From a phage: a stretch of 64,000 nucleotides of DNA. This document shows positions 23,377 through 34,902 of the stretch, one piece after another; position 1 is the stretch's first letter; each line of letters begins with the position of its first letter. Under the pieces are notes generated by a model. It saw only the letters and a program-made list of their open reading frames with translations. It did no database searches and was not told the origin of the DNA. The position numbers and the translations under genes were made by a program. Where the stretch lies: sequence record PZ452594.1; one strand, 5' to 3'.

Positions 23377-24492
23377 ATGGAAAAATTTATGGCAGAGTTT
23401 GGACAAGGATATGTCCAAACGCCATTTTTATCGGAAAGCAATTCAGTAAGATACAAAATAAGCATAGCGGGTTCTTGCCCGCTTTCTACAGCAGGACCAT
23501 ACGTTAAATTTCAGGATAATCCTGTAGGAAGTCAAACATTTAGCGCAGGTCTTCATTTAAGAGTTTTTGACCCTTCCACGGGAGCATTAGTTGATAGTAA
23601 GTCATATTCTTTTTCGACTTCAAATGATACTACATCTGCTGCTTTTGTTAGTTTCATGAATTCTATTTCAAGCAATAGACTTGTTGCTATATTAACTAAC
23701 GGAAAGGTTAATTTTCCTCCTGAAGTAGTATCTTGGTTAAGAACCGCCGGAACGTCTGCCTTTCCATCTGATTCTATATTGTCAAGATTTGACGTATCAT
23801 ATGCTGCTTTTTATACTTCTTCTAAAAGAGCTATTGCATTAGAGCATGTTAAACTGAGTAATAGAAAAAGCACAGATGATTATCAAACTATTTTAGATGT
23901 TGTATTTGACAGTTTAGAAGACGTCGGAGCTACCGGGTTTCCAAGAAGAACGTATGAAAGTGTTGAGCAATTTATGTCGGCAGTCGGTGGAACTAATAAC
24001 GAAATTGCGAGATTGCCAACTTCAGCTGCTATAAGTAAATTATCTGATTATAATTTAATTCCTGGTGATGTTCTTTATCTTAAAGCACAGCTATATGCTG
24101 ATGCTGATTTACTTGCTCTTGGAACTACAAATATATCTATCCGTTTTTATAATGCATCTAATGGATATATTTCCTCGACACAAGCTGAGTTTACTGGGCA
24201 AGCTGGGTCATGGGAATTAAAGGAAGATTATGTAGTTGTTCCAGAAAATGCAGTAGGATTTACGATATATGCACAAAGAACTGCACAAGCTGGTCAAGGC
24301 GGAATGAGGAACTTAAGCTTTTCTGAGGTATCAAGAAATGGCGGTATTTCAAAACCTGCTGAATTTGGCGTCAACGGTATTCGTGTTAATTATATCTGTG
24401 AATCTGCTTCACCTCCGGATATAATGGTACTTCCTACACAAGCATCGTCTAAAACTGGTAAAGTGTTTGGGCAAGAATTTAGAGAAGTTTAA
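23377..24492 (+). CDS. 35: gp35 long tail fibre hinge protein
   Basis: 371-aa ORF immediately after gene 34. Confidence 0.85.
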   Translation: MEKFMAEFGQGYVQTPFLSESNSVRYKISIAGSCPLSTAGPYVKFQDNPVGSQTFSAGLHLRVFDPSTGALVDSKSYSFSTSNDTTSAAFVSFMNSISSNRLVAILTNGKVNFPPEVVSWLRTAGTSAFPSDSILSRFDVSYAAFYTSSKRAIALEHVKLSNRKSTDDYQTILDVVFDSLEDVGATGFPRRTYESVEQFMSAVGGTNNEIARLPTSAAISKLSDYNLIPGDVLYLKAQLYADADLLALGTTNISIRFYNASNGYISSTQAEFTGQAGSWELKEDYVVVPENAVGFTIYAQRTAQAGQGGMRNLSFSEVSRNGGISKPAEFGVNGIRVNYICESASPPDIMVLPTQASSKTGKVFGQEFREV

Positions 24493-24497
24493 ATTGA

Positions 24498-24520
24498 GGG
24501 AGCCTTCGGGTTCCCTTTTT
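24498..24520 (+). terminator. plus-strand intrinsic terminator / stabilising hairpin after gene 35
   Basis: GGGAGCC / TTCG / GGTTCCC followed by TTTTTCTTT. Confidence 0.55.
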
Positions 24521-24523
24521 CTT

Positions 24524-24531
24524 TATAAATA
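24524..24531 (+). promoter_or_regulatory. late promoter TATAAATA for genes 36-37
   Basis: Exact TATAAATA 24 nt upstream of the gene 36 ATG. Confidence 0.6.
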
Positions 24532-24554
24532 CTATTAAAATAAAGGGGCATACA

Positions 24555-25220
24555 ATGGCTGATTTAAAAGTAGGTTCAACAACCGGAGGCTCTGTCATTT
24601 GGCATCAAGGAAATTTTCCATTGAATCCAGCCGGTGACGATGTACTCTATAAATCATTTAAAATATATTCAGAATATAATAAACCACAAGCTGCTGATAA
24701 CGATTTCGTTTCTAAAGCTAATGGTGGTACTTATGCATCAAAGGTAACATTTAACAGTGGCGTGCAAATACCATATGCTGTAAACAATACAAACCAAAGC
24801 GGTATTTATCCTGGCAATGGTGATGCTGCTACTTTTGATACAGCAAATATTGATATTGTTTCATGGTATGGCATTGGTTTTAAATCATCACAAGGATCTG
24901 CAGGTAGAACTGTTGTTGTTAACACTCGTACCGGTGATATCAGCACTAAAGGTGGTATTTATGCAATCGGACCCGTCCGTTCTAACGTTACCGCTCCAGT
25001 TGCAGCAAATGACCTTACTAGAAAGGACTATGTTGATGGAGCAATAAATACTGTTACGGCAAATGCGAACTCTAGAGTGTTGCGTTCTGGCGACACTATG
25101 ACAGGTAATTTAACCGCACCAAACTTTTTCTCGCAGAATCCTGCATCTCAACCTTCACACGTTCCACGATTTGACCAAATCGTAATTAAGGATTCTGTTC
25201 AAGATTTCGGCTATTATTAA
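24555..25220 (+). CDS. 36: gp36 long tail fibre distal connector
   Basis: 221-aa ORF; length and position as in T4. Confidence 0.85.
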   Translation: MADLKVGSTTGGSVIWHQGNFPLNPAGDDVLYKSFKIYSEYNKPQAADNDFVSKANGGTYASKVTFNSGVQIPYAVNNTNQSGIYPGNGDAATFDTANIDIVSWYGIGFKSSQGSAGRTVVVNTRTGDISTKGGIYAIGPVRSNVTAPVAANDLTRKDYVDGAINTVTANANSRVLRSGDTMTGNLTAPNFFSQNPASQPSHVPRFDQIVIKDSVQDFGYY

Positions 25221-25228
25221 GAGGACTT

Positions 25229-28200
25229 ATGGCTACTTTAAAACAAATACAATTTAAAAGAAGCAAAACCGCAGGTGCACGTCCTGCTGCTTCAGTATTA
25301 GCCGAAGGTGAATTGGCTATAAACTTAAAAGATAGAACAATTTTTACTAAAGATGATTCAGGAAATATCATTGATCTAGGTATTGCTAAAGGCGGTCAAA
25401 TTGATGGAAATGTAACTATTGATGGAACTTTACGCGTCAATGGACCAATAAACAACTTTGGAAATTTTTCTACAAATGGTACTATTACGGCAAGTAATAT
25501 TGTTTCTGCTACAGTATTCAGATCAACATCCGGTTCATTTTATACAAGAGCAATAAATGATACTGCAAATGCCCATCTTTGGTTTGAAAATACAAATGGC
25601 TCAGAACGTGGCGTTTTATATTCAAAACCGCAGTCTGAAAATGAAGGCGTAATTACAATGCGTGTTCGTCAAGGAACCGCTGCGGGAGCTCAAAATTCAG
25701 AATTTCATTTCATTTCTACTGATGGCGGTATCTTCCAGGCACGTAAGTTAACTGCTTTAACTTCTATTAGTACACCAACTATTAGTGTTAATTTAATTAA
25801 TCATGATTCTAAATCATTTGGACAATACGATTCACAATCTTTGGTTAACTATGTTTATCCTGGAACTGGTGAAACAAATGGCGTAAACTATCTTCGTAAA
25901 GTTCGCGCTAAGTCCGGTGGTACAATTTATCATGAAATTGTTACTGCCCAAACAGGCCTGGCTGATGAAGTTTCTTGGTGGACTGGTAATACACCGTTAT
26001 TTAAACTATATGGTATTCGTAACGACGGTAGAATGATTATTCGCAATAGCTTGGCCATTGGTACTGTGACGCAAGGGTTTCCGTCAAGCGATTATGGAAA
26101 TGTTGGGGCACTAGGAAATATATTTCTTGCTTTAGGTGATAATGGAACTGGTCTAGTTTATAGAAAAACCGGCGTATTTGATTTTGTTGGTTCTGGTTTA
26201 TCTTTGGCATCTATTACACCTGATAGTTTCCGTAGTACCCGTAAAGCAATTTTTGGTCGTTCCGAGGACCAAGGTACAACATGGATTATGCCTGGCACTA
26301 ATGCTGCTTTCTTGTCTGTTCAAACACAAGCTGATACTAACAATGCTGGAGACGGGCAAACTCATATTGGGTACAATGCTGACGGTAAAATGAGTCATTA
26401 TTTCCGCGGTAAAGGCAAAACTAATATTAATACTCAGGAAGGTGTGGACGTTAACCCTGGTATTTTAAAATTGGTAACTGGTTCTAATAACGTACAGTTT
26501 TATGCTAACGGAACAGTATCTTCAATACAAAGAATTAAATTTGATAATGGATTAGTTCTTACTGGTGCTAGACCCGATGGTATTCAACTTGACGCTCCTA
26601 CAACAACAGATGGCACTAAAACTATATTGTGGGCCGGTGGTACTCGCGCAGGTCAGAATAAAAGTTATGTATCTATCAAAGCATGGGGTAATGCCTTTAA
26701 CGCATCTGGCGATCGTTCCCGTGAAACAGTTTTTGAGGTAGGTGATGGGCAAGGTTACCATTTTTATTCTCAACGTGTAGCTCCTGCGCCTGGTTCGACT
26801 GTCGGGCCTATTCAACTACGAGTTAATGGTGGTTTATTAACTTCAGGTAGTATTGTTGCTTCTGGTTCTATTACAACCGAATCTTCTTTGAGTGTTAATA
26901 ATGGCATGTCAGTAAACGGTGAATTAAAGGTTGGTGGTACCGCAGATAACTTCCGTATTTGGAACGCTAAATACGGCGCTATTTTCCGTCGTTCAGAAGA
27001 TTCCTTGTATATAATTCCTACAGCCATTAACCAAGGCGAAAGCGGTGGAATAAGCGATATAAGACCGTTCAGTATTAACCTTGGCACTGGCTCTGTTGTA
27101 ATGGGTAACCATACTCAAGCGGGTAAAAACCTTTTCACGGTTGATAACGTTTCTAAATTAGTACAAACTGATGTTCGTTTCCGTGTTAACATGGATTCCG
27201 ACGGTATTGTTTTGAATGCTTCTTCTCAAGCAGCGTCTAACTTTATCCAAGGACGTAAAGCGGATGTTACAAAATGGTATCTCGGTATTGGCGACGGTGG
27301 TAACGTTGTTCGTTTACATAACTATACCTATTCCCACGGTATTGCATTAAACTCTGATACTGTAGATATTACTAAGCCTCTTAAAATTAATAATATTCGA
27401 ATTGGTACAGATGGCAACATCACAGGTGGTACTGATAATTTTGCCAATTTAAATACAACGTTAAACAATAAAGTCAATGTTGGTGGTTGGTCAGGCGGAG
27501 CTACAACTGGGTGGTATAAGTTTGCGACAGTTAATATTCCTCAATCTACTGGAACAGTATCATTTAAAATATATGGTGGTTCAGGATTTAATTTTAAAAG
27601 TTATGGGCAAGCTTCTGTCGCAGAAATAATTCTTAGAACTGGAAATAATCCTAAAGGACTTAACGCTACATTATGGAACAGAACTTCTGAAGCATTTTCA
27701 CAAATTGCTACAGTTAACACAAGCAATGATACATATGACGTTTATGTTTATGTGGGAGGATATTCAAATGCTTTAGTCGTCGAATATTCATGTACCAGTA
27801 ATAGTACAGTAACTGTTGTTGGTGTTAATGGAGGAATTCAACCTATTGTTGAAACACTTCCAGAAGGTCATGTAGTAGGTAAAACTGTAAGATTATTGAA
27901 TAACATCGATGGAATGTTTGCTGCTGGTGAATCTGATGTTGTTACTCGTGGTGAATTTGTTACCAATAACCAAAAAGGTTTACGCATTAAATCTAGAGGC
28001 AACGATATTGATTCTAATGCTGTTATTATTCGAAATGATGGTGGAAGTTTTTATATTCTAGCTACAGATAAGAATACATCATCAAATCCTGATGCTGCAT
28101 CAGGTAATTGGAATAATTTAAGACCTTTCTCCATTAATATGGCTGATGGTCGCGTTGGTATGAACCATGGTCTAAATATTACCGGCGGTGGCTTGAATGT

Positions 28201-29071
28201 TACTGGTGGCTTGAATGTTACTAGCGGTAATACTAGTTTAGGTAATATCTCGTCTCGTGTAGTAGCAGGTTGGCGAGGAGCGTCTGGTTGGGCTGATAAC
28301 TCGGATACAATGAAATCTAAAATCACCTTTATGGCAGACCATGGGGATTTATCTAATTCAGGCAGTTATTATCCTATTGTAGGTGCATACAGCAACTATG
28401 GTTCAGCAGGTTATCGTCAAACCTTTGAATTTGGATGGGTCGGCTCTGGTACCACCGCTGGGTGGCGAGAAGGTATTATTCGTATTCGCGGAGATAATGC
28501 TAACGGCCAGCAAGCAAGATGGCGCTTTACAATGAACGGTATTTTAGATTGCCCTGGTAAAGTACAGATGCCACAAACAAGCGCATTTGGTGTCAATACA
28601 ACAAATGGATGGGGTGGTAACTCAATTGCGATAGGTGATAGCGATACTGGTTTTAGACAAGTAGGCGATGGGCTTTTAGAAACATGGGCAAACAACGTTA
28701 AGGTCGTTCGTTATACTTCAAGTGAAGTTTATTCCGAGAAAAACGTCAACGCTCCTAACGTTTATATTCGTTCTGATATTCGTTTGAAATCTAATTTCAA
28801 GCCTATTGAAAACGCGCTCGAAAAGGTTGAACAACTTGATGGTTTAATCTATGACAAAGCTGAATATATAGGCGGTGAACCTGTCCAAACAGAAGCAGGT
28901 ATTATAGCTCAAACGTTGCAAGACGTTTTACCAGAAGCCGTCCGTGAAACAGAAGACAGCAAGGGTAATAAAATACTCACTGTTTCTTCTCAAGCCCAGA
29001 TTGCTCTTCTGGTTGAAGCTGTGAAAACACTTTCTTCTCGTGTAAAAGAACTTGAATCTAAACTTATGTAA
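25229..29071 (+). CDS. 37: gp37 long tail fibre distal subunit
   Basis: 1280-aa ORF following 36; C-terminal ~110 aa resemble a fibre chaperone-like domain. Confidence 0.9.
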   Translation: MATLKQIQFKRSKTAGARPAASVLAEGELAINLKDRTIFTKDDSGNIIDLGIAKGGQIDGNVTIDGTLRVNGPINNFGNFSTNGTITASNIVSATVFRSTSGSFYTRAINDTANAHLWFENTNGSERGVLYSKPQSENEGVITMRVRQGTAAGAQNSEFHFISTDGGIFQARKLTALTSISTPTISVNLINHDSKSFGQYDSQSLVNYVYPGTGETNGVNYLRKVRAKSGGTIYHEIVTAQTGLADEVSWWTGNTPLFKLYGIRNDGRMIIRNSLAIGTVTQGFPSSDYGNVGALGNIFLALGDNGTGLVYRKTGVFDFVGSGLSLASITPDSFRSTRKAIFGRSEDQGTTWIMPGTNAAFLSVQTQADTNNAGDGQTHIGYNADGKMSHYFRGKGKTNINTQEGVDVNPGILKLVTGSNNVQFYANGTVSSIQRIKFDNGLVLTGARPDGIQLDAPTTTDGTKTILWAGGTRAGQNKSYVSIKAWGNAFNASGDRSRETVFEVGDGQGYHFYSQRVAPAPGSTVGPIQLRVNGGLLTSGSIVASGSITTESSLSVNNGMSVNGELKVGGTADNFRIWNAKYGAIFRRSEDSLYIIPTAINQGESGGISDIRPFSINLGTGSVVMGNHTQAGKNLFTVDNVSKLVQTDVRFRVNMDSDGIVLNASSQAASNFIQGRKADVTKWYLGIGDGGNVVRLHNYTYSHGIALNSDTVDITKPLKINNIRIGTDGNITGGTDNFANLNTTLNNKVNVGGWSGGATTGWYKFATVNIPQSTGTVSFKIYGGSGFNFKSYGQASVAEIILRTGNNPKGLNATLWNRTSEAFSQIATVNTSNDTYDVYVYVGGYSNALVVEYSCTSNSTVTVVGVNGGIQPIVETLPEGHVVGKTVRLLNNIDGMFAAGESDVVTRGEFVTNNQKGLRIKSRGNDIDSNAVIIRNDGGSFYILATDKNTSSNPDAASGNWNNLRPFSINMADGRVGMNHGLNITGGGLNVTGGLNVTSGNTSLGNISSRVVAGWRGASGWADNSDTMKSKITFMADHGDLSNSGSYYPIVGAYSNYGSAGYRQTFEFGWVGSGTTAGWREGIIRIRGDNANGQQARWRFTMNGILDCPGKVQMPQTSAFGVNTTNGWGGNSIAIGDSDTGFRQVGDGLLETWANNVKVVRYTSSEVYSEKNVNAPNVYIRSDIRLKSNFKPIENALEKVEQLDGLIYDKAEYIGGEPVQTEAGIIAQTLQDVLPEAVRETEDSKGNKILTVSSQAQIALLVEAVKTLSSRVKELESKLM

Positions 29072-29101
29072 AAGAGGGCTTCGGCCCTCTAAGGATTTTT
29101 A

Positions 29102-29887
29102 ATGGCAATTGTAGGTGTTCCTGGCTGGATTGGCGAATCTGCCGTGAATGAAACTGGACAACGCTGGATGGATGCTGCAATGAGAGCTGTTCGTGTTTCA
29201 GTTCCTGGTTGGATGAGCTCAATGGCTGGACAATCTAAAGAAGTATATTACAGCATTGGTGCTAGTAATTCTTATAATAAAGACACGTTAATAAACTGGA
29301 TAAAAGCCCAAGGCAGTACTCCTGTTGTTATTACTATTACAGGAAATATTGTTTCTCAATCTACTGGTGTTCCATGCTTAGATTTTCCTAGCTCATTAAC
29401 TAATGCATACGTGACACTTAATATCAATTCAGGCGTGCATGTTTGGGGCCGTGGCGGGAATGGCGGAAATAACTCTGCCGGTGGAGCAGGAGGAACTGCA
29501 ATAAATAATGGAATTGGAACTAGATTGCGTATTAACAACAATGGTGTTATCGCAGGAGGCGGTGGCGGCGGTGGAGGCGGATATTATTCTCCTTTTTCAC
29601 AAATGAAATTGACTTTTGGCGGTGGCGGCGGTCGTCCATTTGGTGCTGCTGGCGGGTCTGCTAATATGGAACAGGGCGCTACTGCTGGTACTATTTCTGC
29701 ACCTGGTAAAGGGTCTGTCAATGGTATCTATAATGGCGGGAATGGCGGTGATGCTGGTGCCGCAGGTGGTAAATGTAATATTCGTGGGCAAGGATCAGAA
29801 TATAACGGCGGTGCTGCTGGTAAGGCTGTTACTGGTAATGCTCCAACTTGGACTAAAGTTGGTACAATATATGGTTCAAGAGTATAA
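29102..29887 (+). CDS. 38: gp38 receptor-recognising adhesin (T2 type, glycine-rich)
   Basis: 261 aa with poly-glycine blocks (GGGGGGGGGY, GGGGGRPFGAAGG, NGGNGGDAGAAGG) separated by variable segments. Confidence 0.85.
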   Translation: MAIVGVPGWIGESAVNETGQRWMDAAMRAVRVSVPGWMSSMAGQSKEVYYSIGASNSYNKDTLINWIKAQGSTPVVITITGNIVSQSTGVPCLDFPSSLTNAYVTLNINSGVHVWGRGGNGGNNSAGGAGGTAINNGIGTRLRINNNGVIAGGGGGGGGGYYSPFSQMKLTFGGGGGRPFGAAGGSANMEQGATAGTISAPGKGSVNGIYNGGNGGDAGAAGGKCNIRGQGSEYNGGAAGKAVTGNAPTWTKVGTIYGSRV

Positions 29888-29918
29888 TTTTGAATAAATA
29901 TCCTTAAAAGGAGGGTCT

Positions 29919-30575
29919 ATGGCAGCACCTAGAATATCATTTTCGCCCTCTGATATTCTGTTTGGTGTTCTAGATCGCTTGTTCAAAGATAATGCTACCG
30001 GGAAGGTTCTTGCTTCCCGAGTAGCTGTCGTAATTCTTTTATTTATGATGGCGATTGTTTGGTATAGGGGAGATAGTTTCTTTGAGTACTATAAGCAATC
30101 AAAGTATGAAACATACAGTGAAATTATTGAAAAGGAAAGAAATGCACGCTTTGAATCTGTCGCCCTGGAACAACTCCAGATAGTTCATATATCATCTGAG
30201 GCAGACTTTAGTGCGGTGTATTCTTTCCGCCCTAAAAACTTAAACTATTTTGTTGATATTATAGCATACGAAGGAAGATTACCTTCAACAATAACTGAAA
30301 AATCACTTGGAGGATATCCTGTTGATAAAACTATGGATGAATATACAGTTCATTTAAATGGACGTCATTATTATTCCGATTCAAAATTTGCTTTTTTACC
30401 AACTAAAAAGCCTACTCCCGAAATAAACTACATGTACAGTTGTCCATATTTTAATTTGGATAATATCTATGCTGGAACGATAACCATGTACTGGTATAGA
30501 AATGATCATATAAGTAATGACCGCCTTGAATCAATATGCGCTCAGGCGGCCAGAATATTAGGAAGGGCTAAATAA
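29919..30575 (+). CDS. t: holin
   Basis: 218 aa; single N-terminal transmembrane segment and large periplasmic domain as in T4 T. Confidence 0.92.
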   Translation: MAAPRISFSPSDILFGVLDRLFKDNATGKVLASRVAVVILLFMMAIVWYRGDSFFEYYKQSKYETYSEIIEKERNARFESVALEQLQIVHISSEADFSAVYSFRPKNLNYFVDIIAYEGRLPSTITEKSLGGYPVDKTMDEYTVHLNGRHYYSDSKFAFLPTKKPTPEINYMYSCPYFNLDNIYAGTITMYWYRNDHISNDRLESICAQAARILGRAK

Positions 30576-30848
30576 TTATTTGTTCGTATACATCTCTAGA
30601 TATCGATATACACCCTCAAAACCCTCGTTGAATTCGTCGATGAGGGTTTTCTTATCTTCTTGAGTTAATTCAGAAACAATTTTACGGAATGAATTCTGAT
30701 TTAACTTTCTACCTTCATGCGTTACTCCAATCTCATTCAGAAATGCAATAAAATTAGCACGATTCTCAACAATATCTTCTCTGGAAAATTTAATCAAAAT
30801 AGACGCAACAGTAATAATTTCACGAACTGTATCAATGTTTTTATTCAT
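30576..30848 (-). CDS. asiA: anti-sigma-70 factor
   Basis: 90-aa ORF matching T4 AsiA by recall. Confidence 0.92.
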   Translation of the reverse strand: MNKNIDTVREIITVASILIKFSREDIVENRANFIAFLNEIGVTHEGRKLNQNSFRKIVSELTQEDKKTLIDEFNEGFEGVYRYLEMYTNK

Positions 30849-31009
30849 TAACTATACCACTCAATTAGTTGACTTTGTTATAATATCATCAGACGCTTGA
30901 TTTGTAAACTGGTCTGTGTTATTTTCTTCAAAAATTTTTTCTACGAATTCTTTGAACGACTCACGTTCCTGAGCTACATTATGCTCGATTACCTTTTCAA
31001 GATTATGAC

Positions 31010-31288
31010 TCATTCGAAATAATCTTCAATTTCATAATCATGGACATAAATCATTATAGTTTTTAATACATCATCAATACTTTTTCCTGGAGCTGGAATT
31101 ACGTAAAAATATCCTGCTTTTGAGAGGTCTTTATAAGTTCCAATTAAGAAATCATTATTCTCAAGATGTAGTTCTTCAACTAATTCATTAACAATTGAAT
31201 GGTATAAATTTGGTAGAAACTTATATAGCTTTTCTAGAATATCAATTTTGATTGTGTATTGAACCACGGACTGAGAATCAATAATCAT
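31010..31288 (-). CDS. arn: Arn-like anti-restriction protein (McrBC inhibitor)
   Basis: 92-aa ORF at the expected position. Confidence 0.55.
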   Translation of the reverse strand: MIIDSQSVVQYTIKIDILEKLYKFLPNLYHSIVNELVEELHLENNDFLIGTYKDLSKAGYFYVIPAPGKSIDDVLKTIMIYVHDYEIEDYFE

Positions 31289-31371
31289 AGACCTTCCCCT
31301 TATGTTTCTGTTTGCGATTAGATTCTTTAAACGCTTTCTTCTTATCCTTATGAACAGAAGCTTTATTAAAA

Positions 31372-31584
31372 TTATGTTTTGCGACTAAATTGTTCATAGT
31401 GCTGAATTACCTCTCTCAAACATTTGCATGTGAATGAAAACTTTTTAGCTACACCACATTCAAATATATGTTCTCTTAAATCGCGTGTATCGGTATATCC
31501 CATCTCAACAATAAAATGCCGTATTAGATTTTTATCATTGAGAGAATTAAAATAGTCAGATTTTGAATTAATTTCCCTGGCCAA
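31372..31584 (-). CDS. hypothetical protein
   Basis: 70-aa ORF containing cysteines. Confidence 0.45.
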   Translation of the reverse strand: MAREINSKSDYFNSLNDKNLIRHFIVEMGYTDTRDLREHIFECGVAKKFSFTCKCLREVIQHYEQFSRKT

Positions 31585-31864
31585 ATTGAATCACCTTCAG
31601 TTGACGTTTTAGCTCTTTTATCATTTCTTCGTTCATCGCAATATAAAGATCGCGTAAAGCAGGTTTTAGCATGTCATTTATTATAGAACTAAATGGGCAT
31701 ACATATTCTTTTCCTACAAGCTTTTTGGTGAATTCCATATCACAGAACTTAAATCCCGGCTCATTGGTATAAATTCCCCAATTAGTTGACATCATTTTAT
31801 TGGCATATTCTAGTGCCTGGATTTGATTCATAATTCCATCAATTTGAAACTTTTTAATATTCAT
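31568..31864 (-). CDS. hypothetical protein
   Basis: 98-aa ORF. Confidence 0.5.
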   Translation of the reverse strand: MNIKKFQIDGIMNQIQALEYANKMMSTNWGIYTNEPGFKFCDMEFTKKLVGKEYVCPFSSIINDMLKPALRDLYIAMNEEMIKELKRQLKVIQFGQGN

Positions 31865-32325
31865 TAGTAAAGGTCCTCAGAGTAAAGTTCTTTTTCACTA
31901 CCACCACGTTCAATACGTACTTGTCCAGCGTAAGTTGCAATAATCATTGCTTCTTCACGTGTCCAATAATTACTATATTGGTCAATAAACCCTTGGTCAT
32001 CATCACAAACTTGCTGAGTAACTAATTGAGGTTTAACTACATCTAAAACTTCTGCCATATCTTTAGAATAATGACGAGCACCTGGAATAATAAGAGTTCG
32101 TCCATCTTTTAATTTAAAACGGTTGGCTGCACAGACAATTCGTCGTTGATACTTTTGGTTTTCATCCCAATATGCAGTCTGCCAACAGATTTCAGGAACT
32201 TCTTTCAGAATATCTTCTTCTGTACATTTATAACCATGCGCTTTAAATTTTTCAACAAGACTTTCTGGAGTCTCACGAGATAAAGGCACATTCAGCATTT
32301 TTAAACGATTAATAAATGGGTTCAT
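31864..32325 (-). CDS. hypothetical protein
   Basis: 153-aa ORF. Confidence 0.5.
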   Translation of the reverse strand: MNPFINRLKMLNVPLSRETPESLVEKFKAHGYKCTEEDILKEVPEICWQTAYWDENQKYQRRIVCAANRFKLKDGRTLIIPGARHYSKDMAEVLDVVKPQLVTQQVCDDDQGFIDQYSNYWTREEAMIIATYAGQVRIERGGSEKELYSEDLY

Positions 32326-32651
32326 TTAAACCATCCTTTAATACGTTGCCACAAAGTTTTCTGTTGAGCTTTGTTAACACCAATTGAGCGAATAACTGGT
32401 TGAGATTCCTGGAATTCTTTATAATCAGCAAGGTAAATTTCGTAAGCTGCATCCGTAAATGAACTTATCGCTGCCATAAAATTATTGCGAATACCTACTG
32501 GAGCATCTTTACTTTCACGAATAATCATGTATTTACCAGTCTTAATCTTTACAATAGTTCCAAGATAAGCTCCATGGTACCAAATATCCCAACCCTCTTG
32601 TGTAGGTTCTGCACAACGACGAAGTTCATTAACAATTTCTAACTTGTTCAT
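32322..32651 (-). CDS. hypothetical protein
   Basis: 109-aa ORF. Confidence 0.5.
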   Translation of the reverse strand: MNKLEIVNELRRCAEPTQEGWDIWYHGAYLGTIVKIKTGKYMIIRESKDAPVGIRNNFMAAISSFTDAAYEIYLADYKEFQESQPVIRSIGVNKAQQKTLWQRIKGWFK

Positions 32652-32661
32652 TATTTATTCC

Positions 32662-33297
32662 TCACAGTTCAGATGCTACAGTGATTACAGCTTCAATGTT
32701 TTCTGCTGAGCGTTTAATGTCAAGATACACATTACCGTTTTTAGCGATTTTACATGACATTCCGATGTCAGTAAATTTCTGAATATGATGTTCCATCATT
32801 TTGTATCCAAAAATTCGCATATTTCCATTATTGTTAATTTCAAAATTGCGAATTCCATGAGTACGTTTTTCTAAAATAGCAAGATAATTACTACGATAAG
32901 TTTCAACCTTTTTAAGAACAAATCCATTTTCATCTAAAAGTTTTAACATGAGGTCTTTATCTTCTTCCATATCGGAAGTAATCTCGCGAGCTTTACGAGT
33001 TGCTCGTTTTTTCAGTAGTTCCGGAGCATTTTCCTGTGCGTATAAAGTTGCTGCGTTTGAAATAATATCCTGAGCTTCACCTGTAATGATTAATCCATCA
33101 CCAGATTTCTCCACCAGGCCTTTTTTAATCAATACCCCAATATTACTATTAACTACTGCGTTACCTAAATCTGGATGCACCTCACGAACTTCTGCAGCTG
33201 TAATGAAATCTTTCTTAGCAATAGTAATTAAAATCGCAGCAGTTTTTTCATTCAGAACATCGTTAGAAGTTTTGATGATGTAAGTTACTTTAGACAT
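32662..33297 (-). CDS. motA: MotA middle-transcription activator
   Basis: 211-aa ORF matching T4 MotA in length and position. Confidence 0.9.
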   Translation of the reverse strand: MSKVTYIIKTSNDVLNEKTAAILITIAKKDFITAAEVREVHPDLGNAVVNSNIGVLIKKGLVEKSGDGLIITGEAQDIISNAATLYAQENAPELLKKRATRKAREITSDMEEDKDLMLKLLDENGFVLKKVETYRSNYLAILEKRTHGIRNFEINNNGNMRIFGYKMMEHHIQKFTDIGMSCKIAKNGNVYLDIKRSAENIEAVITVASEL

Positions 33298-33338
33298 TTT
33301 CTAATCTCCGTAATTCTGTATCAGTAGTTGATAGTTGT

Positions 33339-33368
33339 ATAGTACCACAGTATGCTTTGGTTGTAAAC
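33339..33368 (-). promoter_or_regulatory. T4-type early promoter (GTTTAC-18-TACTAT) upstream of motA
   Basis: GTTTAC 33363-33368, -10 33339-33344, AT-rich UP region; conserved box GTAGTTGATAGTTGTATAGTACCAC. Confidence 0.65.
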
Positions 33369-33391
33369 CGTTTTGTGAAAAAAATTTAAAA

Positions 33392-33418
33392 TAAAAAAGG
33401 GAGAGCCTCGGCTCTCCC
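33392..33418 (-). terminator. intrinsic terminator
   Basis: Hairpin GGGAGAGCC / GAG / GCTCTCCC followed by U-run on the minus-strand RNA. Confidence 0.6.
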
Positions 33419-33423
33419 TAAAA

Positions 33424-33573
33424 TTACTGCTCGAACGCGATAACTATCGTGATAACACGTTGAATTCCGAACGCAAGAAGACCTCCTGCTACGGCTGGAA
33501 CAACGCCTAAACCCGCCAGTAAAATGCTACCAGATACTAATGCAGCGCTTGTAATACCTATGAATGGACTCAT
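33424..33573 (-). CDS. small hydrophobic protein, 49 aa (below track cutoff)
   Basis: ATG overlaps the gene 52 stop (ATGA); predicted membrane peptide MSPFIGITSAALVSGSILLAGLG... Confidence 0.45.
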   Translation of the reverse strand: MSPFIGITSAALVSGSILLAGLGVVPAVAGGLLAFGIQRVITIVIAFEQ

Positions 33574-34898
33574 TTGATTTCCTCTAAATCTTTGGCGTAT
33601 TCTGTAACTACATCAGTAGTTTTCCAATATTCGTTTTCTTCTTTTTTAGCTTTAGCTTCTTCAGCAAGTTTCTTCGCTTCATCGGAAGTCATATGAAAAA
33701 TATTCATTCCAACTAGTTTATCAACATAAGAAGAATACATATCGATTTTCGAAAGTTCTTCGGTCAGTTCTTTACGAGTTTTACCCTGTACAACAATTTC
33801 ACCTGAAATTACTTTCTTAATGAAATGTGCCTTGGCAAAGGCTAAACGAAAAGCTGACTCAGTTTCTTTAATTTTGTTATCAATTCGTTTTTGAACATAA
33901 GTTTTACGAACTTCAACAAAGTCTTTAATTAAATCAACTACGTTATCGTAAACTTGTAGTTTTCCTTTCTCATTAATGACGGTAATATTCTGAGAACGAC
34001 GCTCAATCAACCCGAAGTCTTTCATAATTTTTGCATGGCGTTCTTCTTCGTTATCGCTCAAAGAATATTCTTTACGGAATTTAACTTTGAACCCAAAACC
34101 ATGCTCACCACAAGCATCATCCCACGTAATGAAGCCTTTATCTTCAAGTGGGTCTAAGATTTTACTCACATAAGTTTCACGATCATACTTATACGGAATC
34201 TCAGTGATATGCATTTGAGTTCGTGAAGTAAACTTATATGTTCCACGAATTTCATATTGCCCATCAATTTCAACGACTTCACCACGAAATTCTGGGAATT
34301 CTACCTTCGGTTTAGTTACTTTCTTTCCTTGAAGAGCTTGTAATACAGCTTTCTTAACAGAAGAAACACTATGAGGAAGAATGTAAGTTGCATAACCAGT
34401 TGCAATACCGGAAACGCCATTAAGAAGAACAGTAGGAATAATAGGCAAATAGAAAGCAGGCGGAATGTGTTCTTTATCTTGATGTACCGGAGCATATTCA
34501 GTATCTTTATATACGTTATAGAAATTTTTACTTACACGAGCAAAAATATAACGACTTGCTGCTGCTTTTTGGACGGTACGAGAACCAAAGTTTCCTTGAC
34601 CATCTAACAGAGGAAAGTTATTATTCCAAGTGTTAGCCATCAAAGCACCTGCGTCTTGCGCAGAGTTTTCACCATGATGATATCCAAGGTCCGCTACACC
34701 GCCTGCGATAGAAGCGAGTTTGTGAAACTTATCTTTATTTCCTCGTGCCAAATCAAGAGCTCGAGCAATAACAAATCGTTGAACTGGCTTAAATCCATCA
34801 ATCATATTTGGAATGGCACGATTTTCAACCGTGTACATAGCATAAGCCAATGCTTCATTATCAATGATACTTTTTAAATCGCGATTATTCAGTTGCAT
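33570..34898 (-). CDS. 52: gp52 topoisomerase II medium subunit (GyrA-like)
   Basis: 442-aa ORF; length and position as T4 gp52. Confidence 0.92.
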   Translation of the reverse strand: MQLNNRDLKSIIDNEALAYAMYTVENRAIPNMIDGFKPVQRFVIARALDLARGNKDKFHKLASIAGGVADLGYHHGENSAQDAGALMANTWNNNFPLLDGQGNFGSRTVQKAAASRYIFARVSKNFYNVYKDTEYAPVHQDKEHIPPAFYLPIIPTVLLNGVSGIATGYATYILPHSVSSVKKAVLQALQGKKVTKPKVEFPEFRGEVVEIDGQYEIRGTYKFTSRTQMHITEIPYKYDRETYVSKILDPLEDKGFITWDDACGEHGFGFKVKFRKEYSLSDNEEERHAKIMKDFGLIERRSQNITVINEKGKLQVYDNVVDLIKDFVEVRKTYVQKRIDNKIKETESAFRLAFAKAHFIKKVISGEIVVQGKTRKELTEELSKIDMYSSYVDKLVGMNIFHMTSDEAKKLAEEAKAKKEENEYWKTTDVVTEYAKDLEEIK

Positions 34899-34902
34899 AA
34901 AT

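Noticed and set aside
29450-29840. GGN-rich stretches in gene 38 as a simple-sequence repeat or slippage tract
   Set aside because: They are in frame and encode the poly-glycine motifs of a gp38-type adhesin.
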